In this document: positions 23,813 through 33,583 of the stretch, piece by piece
Position numbering within the stretch: the first letter of the stretch is position 1
Layout: each line of letters opens with the position of its first letter
From: an uncultured Actinomycetota bacterium
Lineage (GTDB): Bacteria; Actinomycetota; Actinomycetes; Mycobacteriales; SCTD01
NCBI GenBank assembly: GCA_963781675.1
Contig: CAWAGF010000001.1
Location: 764,280-828,279 of the forward strand
DNA length: 64,000 bases
Direction: 5' to 3'
The notes under the pieces: generated by a model
What the model was told of the DNA's origin: nothing
Seen by the model: only the letters and a program-made list of their open reading frames with translations
Database searches by the model: none
Made by a program: the position numbers and the translations under genes

Positions 23813-25162
23813 GTGACGCCCCAGGTCCGCACGGCTCTCGCGGCGCTCGTGGCCGTGGGGGTGACCGCCGTCGTCCTGGTCCGCGACGAGCGCCTCGCCG
23901 CGACCGGCGGGGACAGCCAGCTGGTCATCGACACGGCCGCCGCGACCGTCGGGCTGATGCTCGCCTACCTGCTGTACGGCAGGTTCCGGCTGCGCGGCCT
24001 CGTCCACGACCTGCTGCTGTGCCTCGCCCTGCTCGTCCTCGGCGCGGCCAACGCGCTGCTGTCCGTCCTGCCCGCCGTCGTCGGCGACGCCCCCGGCCGG
24101 CTGACCACCGCAGGGGTCGCCGCGGGTCTGCTCGCCGGCCTGCTCTACGCCGCGGCCGTGTGGGTCCCGCCGTGGGTGCTCGCTGCAGGTCGCCCCCGGG
24201 CGCGCGCGCTGTACGTCCTCGTGCCTGCGGTGCTGGCCCTCGCGTTGGTGTGGTCGGTCCGCACCGCGCGGCCCGGCTCCGGCGCGGCCGACAGCTTCGG
24301 CGGCACCGACGACCTGCTCGTCAGCCTCACGCAGGGCGCGGCGGCGCTCGCCTTCCTGGTCGCGGCCGTCGGCTGGAGCCGGCCCGCTGCGCAAGGGGAC
24401 TCGGTCGCCGCTCCGCTCGCAGTCGCTGCCGTCTTCGGCGCCGGCTCGCGCATCGACTTCGCCGTCGCCGAGGGGCCGATGTCTGCCTGGGTCGCCGCCG
24501 GGACGCTGCTGCGGGTGCTCTTCTACGTCGCGCTGGTCGCCGCAGCGGTGCTCGAGGTGCAGGCCCTGCGACGGCGGGTCGCCGAGGTCGCCGTCCTCGA
24601 GGAGCGGCGCCGCCTTGCGCGCGAGCTCCACGACGGCCTCGCCCAGGAGCTCGCCTTCATCGTCACGCAGGCCCGTGGCCTGCGCGAGCAGTCGACCAAC
24701 CGGCGGGCCCAGCTCGTGGTCCGTGCCGCCGAGCGCGCGCTCGACGAGTCCCGCCGCGCCATCGCCGCCCTCACCCGTTCGCTCGACGAGCCGCTCGAGG
24801 TCGCCCTGGGGCAGACCGTCGAGGAGGTCGCCAACCGGTTCGGGACACGGGTGCGGCTCGACCTGGCGCCCGGCATGCGGGTCGAGGGGGAGCAGCGGGA
24901 GGCGCTGCTCCGCATCGCCCGCGAGGCCGTCGCCAACGCCGGCCGGCACGGCGGCGCGTCCTCCGTCGTGGTGTCCCTGGCCTCGCGTGACGGCCTCCGC
25001 CTGACGGTGCTCGACGACGGGCAGGGCTTCGACGCGACCGCGCCTGCGGCCACCGGCAGCTTCGGTCTGCTGTCGATGCGCGAGCGGGCCGAGGCGCTGG
25101 GTGGTTCCCTGCAGGTCGACTCCCGCCCGGGCGCCACGACGCTGGAGGTGCACCTGCCATGA
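23813..25162 (+). CDS. sensor histidine kinase, HisKA_3 (NarL-partner) type, polytopic membrane sensor
   Basis: 449-aa ORF with GTG start. The N-terminal ~250 aa are 7-8 hydrophobic helices with no large external loop. H-box is LARELHDGLAQEL. The ATPase part has REAVANAGRHG, DDGQGF and GLLSMRERAEALGG. Confidence 0.85.
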   Translation: MTPQVRTALAALVAVGVTAVVLVRDERLAATGGDSQLVIDTAAATVGLMLAYLLYGRFRLRGLVHDLLLCLALLVLGAANALLSVLPAVVGDAPGRLTTAGVAAGLLAGLLYAAAVWVPPWVLAAGRPRARALYVLVPAVLALALVWSVRTARPGSGAADSFGGTDDLLVSLTQGAAALAFLVAAVGWSRPAAQGDSVAAPLAVAAVFGAGSRIDFAVAEGPMSAWVAAGTLLRVLFYVALVAAAVLEVQALRRRVAEVAVLEERRRLARELHDGLAQELAFIVTQARGLREQSTNRRAQLVVRAAERALDESRRAIAALTRSLDEPLEVALGQTVEEVANRFGTRVRLDLAPGMRVEGEQREALLRIAREAVANAGRHGGASSVVVSLASRDGLRLTVLDDGQGFDATAPAATGSFGLLSMRERAEALGGSLQVDSRPGATTLEVHLP

Positions 25163-25792
25163 CGATCCGCATCGTCATCGCCGACGACCACGCACCGACG
25201 CGCATGGGTGTCCGGATGGCGCTGGAGGACGACGGCTTCACCGTGGTCGGCAGAGGTTGCGACCGCCCCGGCGGCCGTCGCCGCCGCGATGACGCACCAG
25301 CCCGACGTCGTCCTGCTCGACGTGCACATGCCCGGCAGCGGCATCGGCGCGGCCCGCACCCTCACCGCCGAGCTGCCATCAGCCGCCGTCGTGATGCTGA
25401 CCGTCTCCCGCGACGACGCCGACCTCTTCGAGGCGCTGCGCGCCGGAGCGCGCGGGTACCTGCTCAAGGACATCGACCCGGACCGCCTCGGCCCGGCCCT
25501 GCGCGGCGTCCTCGACGGCGAGGCCGCCCTGCCCCGAGGACTGGTCGCCCGACTGGTCGACGAGTTCCGCGGGCGCAGCCGCGCGCCGTCCGCCGCAGAG
25601 GCGGCAGCTGCCTCGCTCACCAGCCGTGAGTGGCAGGTGCTCGACGGCCTCGGCAAAGGCCTCACCACCGGACAGATCGCCGAGGAGCTGTTCGTCGCCC
25701 CGGTGACTGTGCGCACGCACGTCTCGTCCGTCCTGCGCAAGCTCGGGGTGGGTTCGCGCGATGCGGCCGTGCGGCTGATCAGGGGCGACTAG
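25159..25792 (+). pseudogene. NarL/LuxR-family response regulator, frame broken by a 1-nt insertion near 25251
   Basis: ATG overlaps the kinase stop (ATGA). MTIRIVIADDHAPTRMGVRMALEDDGFTVVG continues in the next frame as EVATAPAAV...DVVLLDVHMPG...VVMLTVS. The C-terminus has a LuxR HTH (LTSREWQVLDGLGKGLTTGQIAEELFVAPVTVRTHVSSVLRKLG). The 634-nt span is 3n+1. Confidence 0.85.
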
Positions 25793-25807
25793 TCACGGCC
25801 GATCAGA

Positions 25808-25829
25808 GCGTTGAGCCAGATCTCAACGC
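25808..25829 (+). terminator. hairpin after the response regulator gene
   Basis: GCGTTGAG-ccagat-CTCAACGC, a perfect 8-bp stem, 16 nt after the stop. Confidence 0.4.
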
Positions 25830-25927
25830 CGGGTTGGTCACGACGTGTCAGGCGTCATAAGCGACATCCGGAGCACTGTGGCCGCAGACGAGGCGCAGAC
25901 TGCGCTCGCCCCGACCCGGGAGCCCCC

Positions 25928-28210
25928 ATGGCACTGCACGCGAAGCCCGCAGGAGGCGCCTCCCAGGCGCTGAAGCGCCGGACGGTGGTGGTGGCAGCAT
26001 CGGCGCTCGTCGCGAGCGTGGTGCCCATGGCGGTGGCCGCCACACCCGCTTTCGCGCAGCTGTCCGGCGCCATCTTCACCACCAACGCGGGCTGCAGCCA
26101 GGTCAACGGCAACCTCTACTCCAGCAAGCAGGACGTCTTCCTCAATGGTGGCCCGCACAGCGACAACGGCGGCGCGGGGCTCCCCTCGAACACCTACTTC
26201 GTCCAGGTCACCGACCCGAGCGGCGCAGCCGTGCTCGGAACGAGCGTGGGGTCCGGGGTCGAACGCCCGATCACGGTCGGGGAAGACGGCTCCTTCGCGA
26301 GCTGCTACCAGCTCTGGTCTCTTGTCGCGGACGCCGTTGGCGCGGAGGGCTACGCCACCACTCCCAACCAGGGCGGCGAGTACAAGGTCTGGGTCTCCAG
26401 CGTCAGCACGTTCCCGAACGACAGCACGAAGACGGACAACTTCAAGGTCGTCATCACTCCGCCGCCCACCGACGGCGGATTGCGCGGCATCTCGGTGTCC
26501 ACCAGCGCGACGAGCATCAAGAACGTCGCGAGTACCTGGACGCTCGACAAGTCCGTGACGCCGGGCACGGTCAACGGATGGGCCGGCGGCTCCACCACCG
26601 CGGCGACGTGGAAGGTGGTGGCTGACCGCACGGACACGCCGACCTGGAAGGTCTCTGGCGACGTCGTCGTGACGAACGCCGGCTCGGACCCGGTGACGGT
26701 CACCGTGGAGGACACCCTCGGCGACGCTGCCGCTACCCACCCCGTGCTCAACTGCGGCACTCCGGTCACCGGCACCTCGAACGTGTACGCCGTGCCCGGG
26801 ACGGGGGAGCTGACCTGCACCTTCACCGACACAGCCGTGACCTCGGACCCGGTGGAGAACACAGCACTGGTCTCCGTCATCACCGGTGGCGTGCCCGGTG
26901 GCGAGGACGTCGCTCCCGTCGTGAACGACCCGACGACCGATACAGCCAGCGGTGACCCGTCGATCACCGTTGACGACTCGCGAGCTGCTGCAGGCGCGCC
27001 GAACTCCGAAGCTGTCTCCGCTGACACGACCTGGACCTACGCCGAGACGTTCCCCTGCCCAGTCCCGTCCGCCGACGCGGTCTACGCGAACGGGGTGCTC
27101 ACGAGGACGGTCACGAACACCGCCGTCGGCGACTTCGCCAGCGCCACGACAGACCTGAGCGACACGGCGGACGTCACCGTCAACTGCTACGCGCTGATCG
27201 TCGACGACCCGGCCTCCACCAGCTGGAACCGGTCGTACGGGTGGGGCCTGACGAAGACCGTCGACAAGGCCACCCACACGCTGGCCCCGGGCGCTTCGGG
27301 GATCTCGAACTACACCGTCACGGCCACGCGCAGCACCACGGAGAACGGCTTCAACGTCGCCGGGACGGTCACCGTCACGAACCCCAGCCCGGAGGACGTG
27401 ACGGTCGCCGTCTCGGTCGACCTGCCGACGTCCGCGTGCAACGCGAACCTCCTCGTGCCGGCCGGTCAGTCCAAGACCTGCAGCTACTCGAGCTCCGTCC
27501 CCACGAAGGCCCCCGGCACCGTGACCGCGACCGTCACGATCAACGGACTCACCTTCACGGACGGCGACAGCTACACGTTCAGCGACGAGCCGACGACCAC
27601 GACTGGCAAGGCATCCGTCACGGTGACTGACACCTTCAACGGGTCCGTCATCCGCTCGAAGTCGGCTACGGACGGACTGGCGGAGCTCAAGTACAGCGAG
27701 ACGTTCAGCTGTTCTCGCAACGCGGCCGACTACACCGATGGCGCCTACAGCACCAGCACGACGAACGTGGCTGTCATCAGCGACCCCGCCCTTCAGGCCA
27801 GCAAGAGCGTGACGAAGAACTGCGTTGCCACCTGGAAGGCCGAGAGCGCGACGCCTCGTGGGCCGATCTGGCCGAAGCACGGCGGCAACTGGTTCATGTA
27901 CACGCCGTACACGGCGGGTCCGATCGACCTGCTCGCCGGCCAGACGTACAAGGCCGGCACGATCACGATGGCGCCGAGCGCGACCCCTGGCAAGACCGAC
28001 ATCACCATCACCTTCAACAACAACTACCGGCTGCGCAGCGGTCTGACGAACAACGTCAAGGTCCAGCCGATGGGCACCGCCCCGACCAGCTACACCCAGC
28101 CTGGGGCCTTCACGCAGAAGTTCACGAAGACCGGGTCCCCGATCACGGTGACCGTGCCGACCGCGGCCTTCTACGGCATCCACCTCGACGTCGAGCGGGC
28201 GATCTTCTAG
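25928..28210 (+). CDS. exported multi-domain beta-sandwich repeat protein (prealbumin/DUF11-like repeats)
   Basis: ATG at 25928. Signal peptide is RRTVVVAASALVASVVPMAVAATPAFA. The N-terminal domain has FTTNAGC...VFLNGGP...YFVQVTDPSG...GGEYKVWV. Several Thr/Val-rich repeats of the VTVTNPS..EDVTV type carry paired Cys. I saw no LPXTG or lipobox. Confidence 0.7.
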   Translation: MALHAKPAGGASQALKRRTVVVAASALVASVVPMAVAATPAFAQLSGAIFTTNAGCSQVNGNLYSSKQDVFLNGGPHSDNGGAGLPSNTYFVQVTDPSGAAVLGTSVGSGVERPITVGEDGSFASCYQLWSLVADAVGAEGYATTPNQGGEYKVWVSSVSTFPNDSTKTDNFKVVITPPPTDGGLRGISVSTSATSIKNVASTWTLDKSVTPGTVNGWAGGSTTAATWKVVADRTDTPTWKVSGDVVVTNAGSDPVTVTVEDTLGDAAATHPVLNCGTPVTGTSNVYAVPGTGELTCTFTDTAVTSDPVENTALVSVITGGVPGGEDVAPVVNDPTTDTASGDPSITVDDSRAAAGAPNSEAVSADTTWTYAETFPCPVPSADAVYANGVLTRTVTNTAVGDFASATTDLSDTADVTVNCYALIVDDPASTSWNRSYGWGLTKTVDKATHTLAPGASGISNYTVTATRSTTENGFNVAGTVTVTNPSPEDVTVAVSVDLPTSACNANLLVPAGQSKTCSYSSSVPTKAPGTVTATVTINGLTFTDGDSYTFSDEPTTTTGKASVTVTDTFNGSVIRSKSATDGLAELKYSETFSCSRNAADYTDGAYSTSTTNVAVISDPALQASKSVTKNCVATWKAESATPRGPIWPKHGGNWFMYTPYTAGPIDLLAGQTYKAGTITMAPSATPGKTDITITFNNNYRLRSGLTNNVKVQPMGTAPTSYTQPGAFTQKFTKTGSPITVTVPTAAFYGIHLDVERAIF

Positions 28211-28269
28211 CCGCCTCGGCGCGACGCGACGGGCCCCTCATCCACCAGGGTGCGGGGCCCTCCGCGTGC

Positions 28270-29887
28270 TCAGGTCCAGCTGACGGAGACCGACGGGGTG
28301 CACGCGATGGCACCGCACACCTGGTAGGTGAAGGTCTTCATGCCCTTGGTCCCCGTCCGCTCCTCGTAGGAGGATCCGCTGTTCGGCTGGGCGACGACCG
28401 CGCCGTCGCGCAGGACGCGGTACGGACCGGTCAGGTTCGTCCAGGAGAGGCTGAGCGATGTTCTGCGCCTTCAGGCGTGAGGCGACCGCCCTCAGCGCGG
28501 CAGCCGGCGCCTCGCTCGGCGCAGCAGCGGCCGTTGGCGCCGGACTGGTTGCCGGGGGGGCGGTCGGGGACGGCTCCACCGTCGAAGGAGTGGAGGAGGG
28601 CGTCGTGCCGGGGGTGGCGGCGCTGGTCGGGCTGGGCGCAGGCGTGGCGGGTACGGAGGGGATGGGGCTCGGGCTCGTCGGAGCGGTCGCCGTCGTCGTC
28701 GGTGCGGCATCGGACAGCAGGCGGATCGTTGCGGCGGCGTCGACGCGGCCGTGGTCCACGCCGTTGATGCGCACGGCGCTGCTGGTAAGCGCCTGGCGGA
28801 CTGCGGCGGCAGTTGGCGCACCGGGGAGCGACAGCGCGAGGCCCGCGATGCCTGCCGCGGCGGGGGTAGCCGAAGACGTTCCGGTGAAGGTGTAGACGCG
28901 GCCGTCGTTTCCGACGGCCTTGTTGGCGCCGGGGGCGGCGACGTCGACGCCGGGCCCGAAGTTGGACCACGTGTAGAGAGCGTCGTTCGCGTCGCTGCCG
29001 GCGACTCCGACGACCTCGGCGTAGGCGGCCGGGAACTCCTGCTGGCTGACACCGCTGTTGCCGGCGGCGGCGAACAGCAGCACGCCCCGGTCGCTGGCGT
29101 ACTTGACCGCGCTCTGCAGCGCCGCGCTGGAGCCGCTGCTGCCCAGACTCATGCTGATGACGTCAGCGCCGTTGTCGGTCGCCCAGACGATCCCGTTCGC
29201 CACGTCGCTCATCACGACTGCCGCGTCAGCGACCTTGACCGGGAGCAGCTGGCACGACCAGCAGTACCCCGCGACACCGGCACCGTTGTTGCTCGATCCC
29301 GCAGCAACGCTGGCCGCCGTGGTGCCGTGGCCGTTGGTGTCCGTGACGTCGGCGCTGCCGGTCATGACGTTGCGGCCGGGCATGACCTTGCCCGAGAAGT
29401 CGGCGCTCTGGGTGAGGCCCGTGTCCAGGACCGCGATGACGACGCTGCTCGAACCCGTGGTGGTGTCCCACGCCGCGGGCGCCGCGGTCTTGCTCGGGCC
29501 CCACTGGTAGGACCACCAGGGGTCGTTGGGCAGCGTGTCCGAGAGCTGCCCGGCCACGTCCCGCTCGGCGTACTCGACCTTGCCGCTGCGGCTGAGCGCC
29601 TCGACCACGCGAGCCTCCGCGCCGGCCGGCACCTTCAGGACCTTGACGCCGAGCTGCGCGATGTCACTGACCCGAGCGGCCCCATGGCTGCGCTCGAGCC
29701 CGGACTGAGATGCGCGGTCGACGTCGGCCTTGTACTTGACGAGCACCCGGCCGGGAGCGAACTCAGCGGCGGGGGCGGTCGACGACGGTGCACCGCCGCC
29801 GCTCGCGGGAGCAGCCATTGCCGACACCGGGATCACGAAGCTGGTGACCAGTGCCGTGCCGACGATCGCGATCCGCGTGCTGAGCAT
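28270..29887 (-). pseudogene. exported subtilisin-like (S8) serine protease with Pro/Thr linker and C-terminal beta-sandwich domain; frame broken near 28456-28460
   Basis: There is a signal peptide and an inhibitor-I9-like propeptide (RVLVKYK). The catalytic residues sit in VAVLDTG (Asp), NGHGTTAAS (His) and GTSSATPAAAG (Ser), followed by a PT-rich linker. After ...RLKAQN the protein continues in another frame as SLSLSWTNLTGPYRVLRDG...FTYQVCGAIACTPSVSVSWT, to the stop at 28270. The 1618-nt span is 3n+1. Confidence 0.85.
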
Positions 29888-29906
29888 GTGTCGCTCCCCG
29901 TGGTCT

Positions 29907-29925
29907 CACGCACTGTGAGTGCGTG
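29907..29925. promoter_or_regulatory. palindrome CACGCACT-gtg-AGTGCGTG in the protease leader
   Basis: Perfect 8-bp inverted repeat, 20-38 nt upstream of the protease ATG (29887) and just upstream of its GGGGAG ribosome-binding site. Confidence 0.3.
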
Positions 29926-30048
29926 CCGGCTGACTGCTGCCACCGTGTATCGACGCCGCGGGCTAGTCCCTAACGCGGTGGAGCCGAGGAGTAGTCGGGC
30001 GCATCACCCGAAGGCGCGCACAGCACCCGAGGAATTTCTCCGTGCCTA

Positions 30049-30161
30049 GTCACTCGTGACCAAGGGCTCTGATCAGGAACCGGACAAGGCGCTGGTCATC
30101 GTCACGTACGGTCACAGTCACACCAGGTGAGGACGGGGCAGCCGCAAGCAGTCACGACGTG
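30049..30161. promoter_or_regulatory. cluster of GTCAC motifs in the fumC-protease intergenic region
   Basis: GTCAC-tc-GTGAC palindrome at 30049-30060. GTCAT/GTCAC/GTCAC/GTCAC direct repeats at 30095-30121. GTCACGACGTG at 30151-30161, and the same 11-mer at 25837-25847. Confidence 0.3.
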
Positions 30162-30257
30162 GATGCGGTCGTCGTGGCGGCGACCTCCGCGCGCCCAGGA
30201 GTGCCGGCAGCCGAGGTGCTTTCTCCGCGCGGGTGGTGGGACCTGGCGCGCAGTGGC

Positions 30258-31656
30258 CTACAGGCCGGGGCGGGTCATCTTCAGGACGTCGAGCGCCTCG
30301 TCGAGCTGCTGCTCCGTCAGCTTCCCGTCCTCGACGTAGCCGCCCTCGAGCACGACCTGACGGATCGTCTTCTTCTCCTTGAGCGACTGCTTGGCGACCT
30401 TCGCGGCGTTCTCGTAGCCGATGTACTTGTTCAGCGGCGTGACGATCGACGGGGAGGACTCGGCGAGCTCGCGGCAGCGCTCCTCGTCGGCCACGATGCC
30501 GTCGACCGTGCGGTCGGCGAGCAGCCGGGAGATGTTGGCCAGCAGGCGGATCGACTCGAGCAGGTTGCGCGCCATCACGGGCAGCATGACGTTGAGCTCG
30601 AAGTTGCCGGACGCGCCGGCGAAGGCGATCGCGGCGTCGTTGCCGATGACCTGCGCGGCAACCATGTGCGTCGCCTCCGGGATCACCGGGTTCACCTTGC
30701 CGGGCATGATCGAGGAGCCGGGCTGCAGGTCGGGCAGCTGGATCTCGCCGAGGCCGGCGCGCGGGCCGGAGCTCATCCAGCGCAGGTCGTTGCAGATCTT
30801 GTGCAGGCCGACGGCGATGGTCCGCAGCTGGCCGGACGCCTCGACGAGCCCGTCGCGGGCGCCCTGCGCCTCGAAGTGGTCGCGGGCCTCGGTCAGCGGC
30901 AGGCCGGTCGCCGAGGCGACCTCCGCGATGACGGCGGCGCTGAACCCGGGCGGGGTGTTGATGCCGGTGCCGACGGCGGTGCCTCCCAGCGGCAGCTCGG
31001 CCAGCCGGGGGAGCGACGCCTGGAGCCGCTCGATGCCGTACCGCACCTGCGCGGCGTAGCCGCCGAACTCCTGGCCGAGCGTCACCGGGGTGGCGTCCAT
31101 CAGGTGCGTGCGGCCGCTCTTCACGACCGTGGCCAGCTCGGAGGCCTTGCGCGTCAGGGAGTCGGCCAGGTGTGAGAGCGCCGGCACGAGGTCGTTCACG
31201 ACCGCCGAGGTCGCCGCGATGTGGATCGAGGACGGGAAGACGTCGTTGTGACGACTGCGAGGCGTTGACGTGGTCGTTCGGGTGCACGGGGCTGCCGAGC
31301 TTCTCCGTCGCGAGGGTCGCGAGGACCTCGTTGGTGTTCATGTTCGACGACGTGCCGGAGCCGGTCTGGAACACGTCCACCGGGAAGTGGTCGTCCCAGC
31401 GCCCGTCCGCGACCTCCGCCGCGGCGTCCTGGATCGCCTGCGCCATCGGCGCCTCGAGCACGCCGAGCGAGGCGTTCACCTTGGCGGCCGCGGCCTTGAT
31501 CCGGGCCAGCGCCTCGATGTGCGCGCGCTCCAGCCGCTGACCGCTGACCGGGAAGTTCTCGACGGCGCGCTGGGTCTGCGCGCGGTACTTCGCGTCGGCG
31601 GGCACCTGGACCTCGCCCATGCTGTCGTGCTCGGTGCGGAAGGCCGGAGACGTCAT
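30258..31656 (-). pseudogene. fumC: class II fumarate hydratase, frame broken by a 1-nt insertion near 31248-31252
   Basis: ATG at 31656 ([24 protein letters not shown]...[13 protein letters not shown]...[10 protein letters not shown]). It continues in the next frame as [12 protein letters not shown]...[11 protein letters not shown] (the fumarate lyase signature) to the stop at 30258. The 1399-nt span is 3n+1. Confidence 0.9.
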
Positions 31657-31693
31657 GCCGTCATCCTGCCAAGCGCCCTGGCAGGCTGCGCAG

Positions 31694-32764
31694 GTGCCCC
31701 GCTCCGACCCCCGCGCCGCCGTACGACGCCGGCTGGCGGCGTCGGCGGCGCGCGTCCGCGGCGGCGCGTGGTCGGTGCTGCAGTGCTCGATCGGCGCCAC
31801 CGTCGCCTGGGCCCTGGCCACCGGGCTGCTCGGGCACGACCGGCCGTTCTTCGCCTGCGTCGCCGCGGTCGTGTGCCTGGGCGTGCGGGCCGCACAGCGG
31901 CTGAGGCGGGTGGCCGAGCTGGCGGTCGGCGTCACCGTCGGCGTCGCCGTAGGAGACGCGCTCGTCGGGGTCATCGGCAGCGGCGCCTGGCAGATCGGCC
32001 TGGTCGTCGGCACCGCGCTCCTGCTCGCCCTGGCGCTGGACGGAGGCACCCTCGTCACCGCCCAGGCCGGCCTGCAGGCGGTGTTCGTCGTCGCCCTGCC
32101 GCGGGTGCCCGGCGGCGAGGTGGCCCGCTGGCAGGACGCGATGGTCGGCGGCGCCATCGCGCTGGCCGTCGCCGCGCTGCTGCCCGCCTCGCCGTGGCGG
32201 CCGGCGCAGCGGGCGGCCGGCCAGGTCCTGCGCGAGCTGGCCGAGGTGCTGCGCGAGTGCGCCCGCGCGCTGCGCGAGCAGGACGCGGCGGCGGCGGCCT
32301 TCGCGCTGACCCGCGCCCGGGCCACGCAGCCTGCACTGGAGCGCTGGGCCGAGGCCCTGGCCACCGGCCGCGACATCAGCCGGCTCTCGCCGCTGCGCCG
32401 GGACACCGGGCACGTGTGGGAGCGGGAGTCGGCTCGGGCCGCGGGCGTCGACCGGGCGACGCGCAACCTGCGCGTGCTCGTCCGGCGGGTGCTGTTCGCA
32501 CTCGGCGACGCCGACCCGCTCCCGCCGCCGCTGGCCGGCCTGCTGGAGCAGACCGCGGACGCGCTGGACCTCATGGCCGACGACGAGGCGCAGGCGCTCG
32601 TCGCCCTGACCGACCTGGCGGCGCTGCTCGACCCGGCGGTGCTCACCGGCGGGCTGTCGGCCGCCGTGGTCGTGGGGCAGCTGCGCGCGGCGGCCGTCGA
32701 CCTGCTCGAGGCGTGCGGCGTCTCGCCGGAGGCCGCCCGAGCCGCCATGCCCCGCAGCCACTGA
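31694..32764 (+). CDS. FUSC / aromatic-acid-exporter-like membrane protein
   Basis: The N-terminal half has 4-5 hydrophobic helices, followed by a long Ala/Leu-rich helical cytoplasmic part. The start is uncertain: GTG 31694, ATG 31655 and 31619 are all in frame. Confidence 0.55.
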   Translation: MPRSDPRAAVRRRLAASAARVRGGAWSVLQCSIGATVAWALATGLLGHDRPFFACVAAVVCLGVRAAQRLRRVAELAVGVTVGVAVGDALVGVIGSGAWQIGLVVGTALLLALALDGGTLVTAQAGLQAVFVVALPRVPGGEVARWQDAMVGGAIALAVAALLPASPWRPAQRAAGQVLRELAEVLRECARALREQDAAAAAFALTRARATQPALERWAEALATGRDISRLSPLRRDTGHVWERESARAAGVDRATRNLRVLVRRVLFALGDADPLPPPLAGLLEQTADALDLMADDEAQALVALTDLAALLDPAVLTGGLSAAVVVGQLRAAAVDLLEACGVSPEAARAAMPRSH

Positions 32765-32817
32765 CGCCGGTCCTGCAGCTGCGGCACGCCTGCCGAGCGT
32801 GATGGGTGGGCTGTGGG

Positions 32818-33570
32818 CTACAGGTCGACGTCCACCACGAGCGGGGCGTGGTCGGACGCCCCCTTGCCCTTGCGCGCCTCCCGGTCGACCCACGCGTCGC
32901 GCACCGGCACCGCTTCGGTGGCGAGCACGTAGTCGATCCGCATCCCGAGGTTCTTGTGCATCATCCCGGCGCGGTAGTCCCAGTAGGTGAAGGGGATGTC
33001 GCCCTTGCCGGGCCGCGCCTCCACGTCGATCAGGCCCCAGTCGAGCAGCTCCTGCACGGCCGCGCGCTCGGCCGGCGTGACGTGCGTCGAGCCGTCGAAC
33101 GTCGAGATGTCCCAGACGTCCCTGTCGTGCAGCGCGACGTTGAGGTCCCCCATGACCACAAGGGGAGAAGAAGGGTCGTGCGCGTCGAGCCGGTCGCGCA
33201 GCGAGCGGAACCACGCCAGCTTGTAGTCGTAGTGCGGGTCGCCGAGCGCACGCCCGTTCGGGACGTACGCGGAGGAGACGTGCAACGGGCCGCACTGCGC
33301 GGAGGCGAGCCGCGGCTCCGGGTGGCCGTCCAGCACCAGCGACACGTCCGACAGGCCGACCCTGGACAGGACGGCGACGCCGTTCCAGCGGCCGTCACCG
33401 GCGTGTGCGGCCTCGTACCCCAGGGCCTGAAGAGGCAGGTACGGGAAGGCGGCGTCGGCGCACTTGGTCTCCTGCAGCGCGACGACGTCGGGGGCGACCT
33501 CCTCGAGCCACGGCAGCAGGCGCGGGAGGCGCGCGCCGATCGAGTTGACGTTCCAGGTGGCTATCCGCAT
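32818..33570 (-). CDS. xthA: exodeoxyribonuclease III
   Basis: 250-aa ORF with MRIATWNVNS...VALQETK...GDLNVA...SDHAPLVVDV, the EEP nuclease motifs. Confidence 0.9.
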   Translation of the reverse strand: MRIATWNVNSIGARLPRLLPWLEEVAPDVVALQETKCADAAFPYLPLQALGYEAAHAGDGRWNGVAVLSRVGLSDVSLVLDGHPEPRLASAQCGPLHVSSAYVPNGRALGDPHYDYKLAWFRSLRDRLDAHDPSSPLVVMGDLNVALHDRDVWDISTFDGSTHVTPAERAAVQELLDWGLIDVEARPGKGDIPFTYWDYRAGMMHKNLGMRIDYVLATEAVPVRDAWVDREARKGKGASDHAPLVVDVDL

Positions 33571-33583
33571 GGGCGACGGGCGG

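Noticed and set aside
30258-31656. Reading fumC, phoH2 and the response regulator as genuinely inactivated genes.
   Set aside because: Each has a single +1 break and no other degradation, and the functions are core. Sequencing or assembly indels are more likely. They are labelled pseudogene only because the frame is broken in the sequence as given.
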